NCBI GenBank assembly: GCA_963514005.1
Contig: OY740791.1
Span: forward strand, 17,360,001 to 17,424,000
Origin: Raja brachyura
Lineage: Eukaryota
DNA length: 64,000 nt
Direction: 5' to 3'
A model generated the notes under the pieces. The model had not been told where the DNA came from. It searched no databases and was given only the letters and a program-made list of their open reading frames with translations. A program made the position numbers and the translations under genes. Position 1 is the stretch's first letter; each line of letters begins with the position of its first letter. Positions 12,801 through 24,800 of this stretch are shown here, piece by piece.

Positions 12801-15800
12801 TCATGGACAAAAGCCAAAGTGCTAGAGGAACTCAGCGGGTCAGACAATTTGCCCAATTGCTCCATAGATGCTACCTAACCCGCTAAGTTCCTCCAGCACT
12901 TGTTTTTTGATCAAGATTCCAACATCAGCAGACTCTTGTGTCTCCTGGACATGTCAGGGCATTGCATAATTATGGTATTAAATGAGATATCATTCAGACA
13001 TGTATGGACATGGTGCTAGTTTTGAACTATCCTATACTTTAACCTCCTTGGAATTTAGTACTAATATTTTGACCAATGCTATGACAAAAAGCTGGCCATT
13101 CACAATTTATTACAGCAACCTAAATATAATCAACTAAAATGTCTTAGCTTTATGAATTTAACAACTGCTTTATAATCAAAGTAGTTACTCCATTAAATTG
13201 AGAATATACAACAATACAATGCAACAACCAATTACCATTACACTCTCATGTTAATATCGGTTGTAACCACTATTACAGATAGAGAGGTGTCTCACCTCTT
13301 GTCTTCCTCCAGAGCAAGCCAATGACAATGGTGTATCCTTGGTACGTTCAGATTGTGCTTCAATATCTGCACCTTTATCTAGCAGAATTTCTACAACTCC
13401 AACGTGACCAGCTGTAGCCGCCAAGATTAGTGGTGTAAAACCTAATCAAAGGGAAAAATATAATTTTGTAATAAACATCAAATTAGACTTGCTGGAAATC
13501 CATTAATAGAAACATCAATATATGGATTGAGCTCCAAAATAATGATTTTGCTATGCATACATAAAATATACTCAAAAGGATATGTAAAATCTCTCCCAAA
13601 GACACTTTCAGCATGATGCCAGAAAATGTTATGTCTGTTACCCACTTGTCAATTAATAATTGTATCCAGTGTGGGCCAATTGAGCATCGCTACTCTCATT
13701 TGGAGATTTAAAAAAGGATATTTTGACAGGGAAAAGTATTAGAAGTTATAAAAGGGCATCAACAGTGCTTTTCACTTGTGCCAAATGGTCCAAAACTTTG
13801 CTCTCTAATTGTCCAAACTGTTCTCTACCTGCCACAATGTTTTTCAAAATGATCTTCTCAAGTAATACATTCAAATTAAATAATCATAGGATTGTTGCCG
13901 AAGTGTGCTTTGATTGCTGCCAATGGCCACTAACCGTATTCAGGTGTGGCAGATATTAAGCAAATGAAGTATCCTTTGCTCAGAAATAATTCCTATTAAA
14001 CTGGATTGCATCCTTATAAAAGGAGAGCTGCCACTGTATTTGACAACTTCACAACTAGTTTTATCTCAATGATATTAAATCTGATCTAACTCCTAACTAA
14101 TGCATACCTTTTTTATCCCGATGTTCAATGTTAGCACCGCGAGCTATTAATACTGACACAAGTTCTTCATGTCCCCCAGCACATGCCAACGTTAATGCTG
14201 TATCATGGTTACTCTCAGTCTAAGCGAAAAAAACAGTAAATTGTAAAATGTAGTTCCAATCAACTGCACAGTATAAATGCAACATGTTCTTATACTCAAG
14301 AGAGCAGCATTGTTGAAGAAGTTCCAGAACCCAAAATAACAAAACCTGTATTTATTAGATCAGCCAATATCACAGCGATTATCTATATAGAAAGGAATCA
14401 CATAATTTACAATATATTCAATATTTTCCTAATTTATTAAGGATTTCCCAATGTTGATGCATTTATAAAAAACTTACTTGGGCGTCAATTTCAACTGAAG
14501 GATAAAGGGGCAACATTGAAGAAGGAGAAACAACTGGACTTGGAGTTTGAGTACGAGGCTGAGGAGTAGGGGGTGTTGTAGTGTGGGAAGAGGCGTTCGG
14601 TCCAGGAGGCATTCTATTACTCACTGCTGCAAGACAAAATCAATTGTCATTTCTTCAACATAAGTAGAAAATGAGAAAGAACTGCGGGATTTTGGTAGGA
14701 GGCAAATTTCTACACAAACAATTATTCTTGGAAAGGGTGGCTGTATGTTATTGTCAAACATTGTAAGAAATCATTTAAACTTAATAAAAAGCAATTTAAA
14801 TACATGAAGCTGCAAACCAATTTTAACACACCCAGTTGTGCGTCAGAAAGCTGTTCAATTATTATGGAAATAATAATTTAAGATTACATACTTGAATGAA
14901 GTAGCAACAGTTCTATAGAAGACTGAAGGAATCCTATTACAGTTTAATACTAAGCAACAGCCCAAACAGCTCACAAGAGTTTTAATCTTACTCAAAGGCC
15001 CATAGATTCCTAAGATGAAAATAGCCAAAGACTTGTGAACCAAATATACAAATATATGTCAAAGTGTGTAAAAATATTGCATCCAGAAATACTTTTCGAA
15101 AAATAGTTTAAATATTTTCAAAACGGATCCTTTTTCTATCTGGAGATCAATCACTGTCTCTCCCCTTCATGTTGACCTCATCTGTTGACTATGGAAAGCA
15201 AAATCTGGACTCCAAGTGTAAATGGCATTCATCAGAGTAATGGATAGAATTGTCTTTACAGAAATAGGGGCAAGGACTCATTTTTTCAAGACCAACATGA
15301 TATAATGTGGATATCATACTATTTCCATACGGTGCCAGCATCTGATGCTTCCAATTCAGACAAAATAGCTTCTTCCACGTTGCAACAATATGCTTTATAA
15401 CAGTATCATTTTATCATGCAAGATACACAACACAGCTCCTGTTCTCAACTTTGACTGCACCTGCTACATTCAACAGATATCCAAAGCTTCTAGTGAGGCC
15501 ACTGAATCCCTTACCGTTTCCTCTTATAATCCTATAAGGATCATTGCCTCTCTGACACCAAAGTCTTTCTCCAATTCCATCACTCCAGTACCATTCCTTC
15601 TTCCCACAGTATTATCCCATGTAAGAGCAAGAGTTGCAACATTGGACCATTTACCTACACAATTGCCACTAACCAGTGTCCCAGAAGTTCCTATCAGGTG
15701 ACATTTTGGTTTGTTTCTTCTTCTTTAAATTTACTGTGCCATTTAATATACTTGCAATGAAGTTTCCTTTAGATTGGAGAGACTAAACAATCTGGCGATC

Positions 15801-18800
15801 ACTTACAGGCCACAAGCATGACAATCATCTTCTGTGATCACCTGTTTCCAATTCAACACCCCTTCCTCATTCTTATTCTCTGCTCACTCCTCCTGCTTGT
15901 TTTGGCGAAGCTGGTTGCAAACTCATGGAAAAGTAGCTAATTTTTCAACCCAGCACTCGAGTCTTGCTTACTTCAATAATTTCTGAATATAATTACTGCA
16001 CTAATTTTTCCATCATTATCACAGCTTTTAGTAACAATCACGTTCACACAATCATGTTCACACTTTCTCCAGACCCATATTACTCTTTTAGCCTTAGTAT
16101 TGTATTGTCATTCATTTTATCAGTCTTCTACCATATTTGAGTTTTTTTCAGTTTTCCTTTCATGTCATGTTGCCCCACTTCCTTAGAACTGAAAGCAGAG
16201 ATGTATGTACTTTTGAGGAGTTGCTGACCTAAACATTTTCAACATTGCTTTATTTCAGATTTCTAGCATCCATTTTATGTTTGCAGATGATTGCCATTTG
16301 CCATTTTTCTACCTGAAAAGATCTTTAATGAAATCATGAGCTTGGGATGTGTTTTATTGTTGAACAGGAATGGGAAACTTAAAACATCTTCACAGCTTAT
16401 TTTCAAATGGAATTACTGCTCAAATCAAATATTTCACATTAACCACACACCTCATGAAAAAAACCCCATACAGCTGAAGAATTTTGATTTATACTACATG
16501 CATTTTTCAATTGCTTTTCCAATCCCATACAATATTGTTTGAGATAGTGTGGCAAAACAAACCCAATCCCAGATTTAAAAAAATAATTTTAAAACTAGGT
16601 GCAAAACCAGCAAGATTCAGAGTCTAGACAATGGCTATTGACATGTTACTTGAAACATGAACTTCACAACTAAACCCTAAAGTATCTGAACATGTATAGT
16701 TTCACAAATGCATTGAAAATTTGAAATTACACTTGAAACTGAATTTATATTTTCCTTGCATAAAATAAGACTTTCTTCTTGAGATCAGCATATCTCTACA
16801 GACCAAGAAGCAAGGTTGTGATATCCATTGGTTTTGTTCTGCATCAGAATATGCATTTGCTCACACACCTGAGAAAGAGATGAGAGAGAAAGGGCATGAT
16901 GGAGAACATCACATTTTCAAAAGGTTACATTTCCCTTGCAAGAGACTTACACAAATTATGAGGTGGCATTAATTTGTGGATAAGTAGCAAGCCAAAGGGC
17001 AATCATAGGGAAGTGAAAAGGAAGGTGGGCATAGGCACATCAATGGGTGTGCAGATTATTTCCCTAATTATTTTTTGCATAGGATGTGCCCATCACTGGC
17101 AACGCCAACATTTTCAATGCATTATTAGTCCAGGGGAGGAGCCAAAATCATATTTTAGCCAATCTAGATCCGGATGCAACATTTCTTCTCTGTAGGATGT
17201 CGGTGAGCTAGAAGGGGTTAGAAACATAGAAACAAAGAAAAATAGGTGCAGGAGTAGGCCATTCGGCCCTTCGCGCCTGCACCGCCATTCAATATGATCA
17301 TGGCTGATCATCCAACTCAGTATCCCGTACCTGCCTTCTCTCCACACCCCCTGATCCCTTTAGCCACAAGAGCCACATCCAACTCCCTCTTGAATATAGC
17401 CAATGAACTGGCCTCAACGACCTTCGTGGCAGAGAATTCCAGAGACTCACCACTCTCTGTGTAAAGAATGTTTTCCTCATCTCGGTCCTAAAGGAATTCC
17501 CCTTATCCTTAGACTGTGACCCCTTGTTCTGGGTTGCTGCATTGAAACAGATTTTTTGGATTTTTAAAATTAAATTACTTCAATTTAAATTTTCAGTTGA
17601 CATAGTGGAATTTGAAATGTCTCTGGATCAATTGTCCAGAATTCAACCTGCCTGTTCTGTAACTAAACCACTGTGAAATTACACCCCTATTTTCTATTTA
17701 ACAAAGAAAAGTTCATTAAATGAAGATCAAGAGCATTAGTTCATTTGAAACTCATCATACAAGTGCAAATGTTGATTAAAAAAACAGAATTCTAAGTTCT
17801 CCTGCTGCGTTCCATGAATTTGATGCCATGTGGTCATAAAGACACTTTGAAATCTCTTCTGGAATCTAATTCTGGAATACTACAAACATTGGCCAATGTC
17901 AGTAAGCCATTAACAATTTAGAGTTGCTGTTGAACTCAATAAGCTGATCTTTGGGGTAGAAGAAACTATAAGATTATACACTTGGGTTCTCAAGTCTCAA
18001 AAATCTTCACTTGGAGATGCATACAAGATAGTTAATTCAAAAATGTTTTCACTCTGAACGGCGAGAACAAATAGTTCTTTATACCGCATCAAATGGACTG
18101 CATGAATAATAGTTCAAGCCAGTACATAGGATTTATTGATGACTATCACAGCGCAACTGAATTTCTGAATTAAATAAAATTACAATAAAAAAATGTCAAA
18201 AATATATTGGACTTTCTTCTTAGATAATGGCCACCAACAAATAATTGTTTTTTTTACATTAAATTCTACTTGTCTGTCATAATGTCAGCTTTTACAGGAT
18301 TTTGCTTTCAATTGAGAGCATTTAAACCTTGAACGCGGGAAACAATTTACAACATCCTGCCAGTTGTGGACTCTCAGGCACAAAGTTTTGAAGTAGTTTA
18401 AACTGGTGACTTTCACATTTATCAATAAGGGGACAACAATGGTTAGCTGTTTGCACAGGTTTACCGAGCTTAAATCAAGGTTGCATTTGACCAGGTTTGG
18501 GCAAGCTTTTCTGACACATCTCCAACATTATGCTTAAGTATCTGTTAGTTGGAGCTACATAGTCTGTCCTTGACTGATATTTACACATACACTTTACAGC
18601 TGAAATTTCAACGACACATGCCAGAGTGGCCAATTAGTTCCCAGGCAAGGTTGTGGCTCCAAAATAATAAATTTCAAGCCAAGACACATCAACTAAGGAA
18701 TTATTGCTAATCAGATGGACAGGAAGAAATTTGAATGCCTTAAGATGTTACAATTATTAGTTTAACCAATTGTTGGATTCATGGCATTTCATACAAATTG

Positions 18801-21800
18801 ATGTCCCAAATTTTAATTTCAGAAACTGACATCGAGTATGTCCAATCCTTCAAGTATGAAAAACCCCTTCCGCTGTTACCGTGCTTTTTATGAAATTAGC
18901 TTGTAGATCCCAGTGGATATGGACCCACCGGATAAAATTATCCATCATTCAGCAAACTCACTTAGAAATCAATAGGCCTGGGAAACGCAAGCAGCGCATA
19001 CACAGAATTCAATTCTATAGTTATGGCTGAGAAATATAGTAATATAGAATAGGAGGAACCAGATCCCAATTGCTCTGAAAGGGCTTTGCTCTTAACCAGC
19101 AATTTCTAAAATGGAGTGTATTAACTCAACTTGATGAGACTAGTTAAAAACAAAAATCTTTCCATTGTGGAGACGATTCTTAGTTGCAAGTTTCAGCCCA
19201 GTTTGCATGTAGCACGTAGCTTGATAAGAGCCAATAAAGAAGTGTTTCAATATGAGAATCTCACCTCTTTCAGACAGCAGGAGTCTCACCTCCTACAAGG
19301 GCAAAGGGTTATTTTTTTGTAAGTGCAACTTGCTGTCCATTCCCAGCTGTTACAATAGATTAAATGTCACATACCTGCTCTTATGGGGCCAAAATTAGCA
19401 TTTGCTTTCGAAGAACTTGCATTTTTACATTTATAATGCATGTTGCCATGCATCTTCAAGCTAAACTACGTAGAGGTACAATAAATTTAACACAAAAAAA
19501 GTGCTGGAGTAACGCAGCAGGTCATGCAGCATCGCTGGAGAAGGATGGATAGATGGTCGGGACCCTTCTTCAAACTCATACATATACAAAAACGGCAATC
19601 ACAAATTAGACAAAAATATTCTGTTAACTGCTAGGTGCCTGGCTAAATTCTGATCATGGAGAGTTATACTCCCAACAAATTTCATATACCTGGGGTGTCA
19701 TTAAACTACCACTAGGTGCCACTACCACAAGTAACATGAGATCTAAAACACTATTACAAACATCCAGCAATGCCAAACAAAGGTACACAAAAAATGTCCA
19801 ATAACACAAGGCTCCAGGTGCAAGCCCCCAAATGTGACATAATTAAAATCAATATTAAAGACAAATCCTTTTTTGGTTAAATAAAGCGTTCACCACAATT
19901 TTTTAATTCCAAGTTTCTAGTTGTAATAATAATCACAAAATAGTATCCACCACCTTCACAAAGTAGTATACACCACCTTCACAATACTACTATGGTACAA
20001 AATATAATTCGACACAAAGCAACCACATCTCGTTGTGAAATGAGGAAGACTATCACCGTAAAATCTTACTTCCAAAACTCTGCCAAATTATAACTACTCG
20101 TTATATTACTTGGTATGGGCCTTGAACAGCACCAGCATTACACTTTTAATATTACTTTTGTCCAAATGCTGTAGGAATCTTTACAAATATTAGAATAATT
20201 GTTTTAAAAATCATTAACATTAAGATAACTGATGAGCCTCCGACATTGTCATGAGTAAAACAAAATTAACAATACCTTAATGGTACAAGTAATCACCGCG
20301 GTTGGCAAAAAGTAAATCAGTCGCATTATATTTACTCCAAATAAATTCTCCGGCCCGTAGATAAATCAGCTTGAGTATTTCAAAACAAAAAGTTCAAGTT
20401 TATAATGATTTGAATAACAAATGATTTACATTTCGTCATTTCAGATAATCTAACAGTTCTCTATTTGTGATACGTGGGCAGTATGTGAGGAGATAGTATC
20501 AATTTCATACGAGTTCATATTCTGCAAAAAAAAGCATTTTGAATGGGATAAAAAACATAGCAAAAGCTTTTTCAAGCACATTGGTAATGTGAAATAGGAG
20601 GTTCCATTTCTAATATTCTGATACGGAAATATAATTTGATATCAATTTACTGAAATATGTTTTGATGAATGCGCTGTAGTTATTCATAACTTCAATATAC
20701 TATCTAAATTCATGAAGTAAATGAGCATCGCTGTGCATACTGCAATAAGGGAAAAAAACAATCTTTACATTAAAAATACATACATTCAGCATTTAACTGG
20801 AAGATTTTTTTCCCCCTGAAGCAACTAGACTGCAGCTGGTTTAAGCCAAAATGGTTTCCTAGAAGTAGATTATCCAAAGTTGAACTTCAAATTCCAATTT
20901 AACTGCAGCGGAACAATGTTTCAAAGTGACATTGGCTTTTAATAACAAATTATGAAATAAACTGTCCTCCAATTTAAGCTATATTTATTATTTCATGTTC
21001 TTGTAGCTAAAACTACTGTATGACAAAGGTTAATAAATGCAAGATTACATTAAATCAGAGATTTAAGGGAATTGTCAAAATTGAGACTATGCCCATGCAC
21101 TGAGTTAGCTGAAATTTAGTAATAAACTCCATGAATATATTTTAGTTAGTGTGTGTGATTTTTAATTTTAAAATAAGCTCAGCATTTAATTTCAATCTAA
21201 TTGTCTTTTTTTCCTTAAAAATGAGTGGCAATGAGAGATTGTGAACTTTGAAAATCTGAAATGAAAGGGAAAAGCTGGAAATGCAGAGCTGGCAAGCATC
21301 TGATAGAGAAAGAAAGGTCACGTACTGAGGCATGACCCTGGTTAGGGTTGCTCAGATGTGATAGTGTATTACTGTCAAAATACAGTCCATCATTTATCTA
21401 TCAGATACTGACTGAGCTCTACACATCCAACTTGAAAGCAATGGCAGTTTAAGCTGGCTTGAAACAGCATTGCCATTTGCAGTAGTCTGAATAAAGCATT
21501 ACATCTACAGTTCTGTCTCTGAATAAATCTAACAAATATCCATTTGCACCCAAATGCTAGTAGATGTGAGCAAAGATAAAGTATAAAAGAGGACCAATTC
21601 TTAACCCACCTGCCATGATGTCATCAAGAGTGTCAGTTAGCGTCTGTGCTGGAGTTGCAACCATTAATCCATCAGGTGCTTGAGCTAAGAGTCCCTGTCC
21701 AAGTCCAGCAAGTTGTGCCTGTCCTAACAAAGGCTGATTCACAATGACTCGCTGTAGATCAGGTACGTTAGTGATAGGATAAACAGAACTAGCAAAGTTT

Positions 21801-24800
21801 GGAGATACTTGTGTTGCTAAAGGTTGAATAGGAACAAACCCCATTTGGGTTGCAGGTGGCTGCTGCTGGCCATCTCTGTGTAAGATGGTGTCCACCTGAG
21901 GCAACTTTGAAAAGTCTTCCTCTGGCAGACATTCACCAGTCCCCACCTGAGAGAACAGTCCTCCATGTGGGCATTGCTGCTGTTGTTGCTGGAGCTGAAG
22001 CGTCTGCTGTTGACCCTTGGCTTCCAAGTACTCTTTGGTAAACTGCTGCTGAGTTTTCAGCTGCAATTCCCTTTCAACCTTTTGCAGCTCTTTCAAAATC
22101 TTTTTCTTCTTCTGTACTTGCTCTTCTCTGCTCTTTTTTAGTTCTTCTATCTTGTCTTTGGTTAAAGTGTCTCCCTGAATCAATTCTAGTGACTTCAATT
22201 GTGCCTTCTCAATAGCGTTAATTCTTTGTCCCAGCTCTGTCAGCTTGCCTTCCGTCTCTTCCACAATGCATTCTAAAGGCTGGTACTGGTGGAAGGGCTG
22301 GACATCCTGTTCCGCTACCTGCAGGGGACTGGACTTCTGCTTGGATGTACCTAAGCACACGAAAAATGTTTGAAAAAATGCCATGCAAAAAATTACTTAC
22401 CCATGTGAAACCAGTGTAAACTTTTCACCACATTGTGGCTTTTATTCAGTCTAGCACTGAACATAAAGTTTTCTACATTTGCTTTGTTCAATCTAATGAA
22501 GAACTTGCATTCCAGATATCAGTTTTGCAAGTTTTCTGAAATTATTTGCATTATTTTTTTTTGTCAGAGGAGAAGTGGGAAAGGAAAAGAAAGTTTCAAC
22601 AATAGAATTTCTGGAAAATGCAAATTTTGGAATATGGAAAATTCTGGGTAGAAGTACAATTATAGTAAAAACACCGAGTAACATTAAGACATTTTTTGTA
22701 CTGCAATATCCATGGAAAAACAATTTATCACCCAATTTGAAGTCTAGAAACCTTTCCCAACTACGACAACTATATATTTGTTCAAAAAAATTGTCTGCTA
22801 GGCAATATAAATGCTACTGTACACTTAAGTAACTTTTCTGAATATATTTAATTCTTTTGTCAATCACTTGAGGTGTGGACTTCTGGGCTTAAAAAAAATT
22901 GAAATAACATTTTAAAATTCCCAATCTGAGATTTTGAAAGGTGATGATCATTAACTAATTATATTTCAAAAAATTGCAAATATGTTCCAAGAGATTCTCT
23001 AAATTTATTTTCAAGCCTATCTGATTGAAATTATACATTCATTTTGAATGCTGCAACTTTTTCTGCTCTTTAAAAACTAATGCCACCATGAAAAAGATCC
23101 CATTGAATTTAAAATATGCAAATATTTGAGGTTTTCAGTCCCCCACCCACACAAGATTGCAGGGTATTTCCTTTGATGATAATTGTGTTTCATGCAACAT
23201 AGCATGAGCCAGTACTGAGCCAGTGAAGTAAGACTTTTTTTCTGTACTTTATGACCTCAATTGGTACAATATAACCTGGGATATGGAATCTGGCCTTAAA
23301 ACCCCAGCTGGCTAAAGGGGAGCACAGTTAAGTACAGTTGCTAGTCTTGTAGCTATTGTGTGATAAAGATTAATGCAACGACAAAATTAAAGCCTTCTTC
23401 AATTGTCTTCTGCTCATATCCCATATGTACTCTCTCACTCAAACCTTAATTTGAAAAATACTTTGCCTTTCAATTCACCCCCTTCTCCATTTTCTCCAGT
23501 ACCAAGAGCACCCAAAATCTCTGCATTCTTCATTTCTTGTCTCCCAAACATTAATGATTTTAATCTTGCCTTCAATGGTAAATTGTCATCAGGCACTTTA
23601 TCCATAAAGTCCAGAATTCCTTCACTAAAGCTCTCCTGTTTTCTCTCTACAATAAAAAATTCTCAGACCAAGTATTGTGTGCGTCCTGCATCAAAATGTT
23701 CCAGGGAAGTACCTTGGAAAATTATACTTGCATCGCTCACACAAGGAACAAATAATTTGGCAAAATAGCCAAAATTATTGTTATCTTCATCAAGTTATAA
23801 ATAAGGTTTTGGAGACAGAACCCTGATTAAATAAACCATTCAATTTTCAGAAGAGGCCATGCTTGAATTTAAGGTCCATGCTTGAAAATATACTACATAT
23901 GACAACAAAGTACATTCAATGTACCAATAATTTTATTTTGATTAAAAATGCTGGGAGGGTTGTGCTTTAGTAATGAACAAGGAAAATCAAGAGAGCTCAA
24001 AAACAAGCAATTTTTATAAAAGGCATGTAAAAACGACTGATGATTCTGCGCTGCCTCAATGATTGCATAGACCATAGAAATAATAGAGTTAGAAACAATT
24101 CACTAATCTTACTTGTTCATTCAGCAGAGAATTCTGAAGTTATTCCACAAAAATATTTTATCGATTCAGCAAGCACAAAGAAATCCCTTAAGAATTCCCC
24201 CCCCCCCCCACCCCTTTTATTTCTTTTTTGAAGGGCCTGTATATATTTATAGTGTCATAAATGAATGGCTAATTGATATGACTGGCCAAAAGAGAGCAAA
24301 TGTCCAGCATATATAATTTGTTTTATATAAGCATGTCATGATAGTATCTCAATGCATTATGAAAAAAGATGGCTTTTTTTGTACAAACATTGGGTAATCT
24401 TTGTTGTGTGCGAAAAACATAATTTGTCATAATGGATTTAAATGACCAGATAACATTTATAACCAAGATTTAAAGTATGCATATTTGTACAATGGCAAAA
24501 AAGATAGATGCTTTTTATCACCAAGCCTCCTTGAACAGTGATAGAGAATGGATTTTATTTGCAATTTACTTCTAGATATCCTTCCCATTTTTTTAGGAAA
24601 GCTGCTTTTATCAGATGTCTTAAACAGAAACGAGTTATGTCCCTGTCCCACTTAGGAAACATGAACGGAAACCTCTGGAGACTTTGCGCCCCACCCAAGG
24701 TTTCCATGCGGTTCCCGGAGGTTTTTGTCAATCTCTCTAATGGTGGAAACTGACAAAGTTCCGGTCATTCTCCATGAGTCACCAGAGGTTCTGGTCAATT

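Noticed and set aside
20229-20262. CTGATGA as hammerhead or snoRNA box C
   Set aside because: No stem II-GAAA-NUH downstream and no terminal stem with box D; same for 11783.
24110-24620. Further cryptic exons (24112-24187, 24522-24618)
   Set aside because: Early stops in the required phase and weak splice sites; no supporting evidence.
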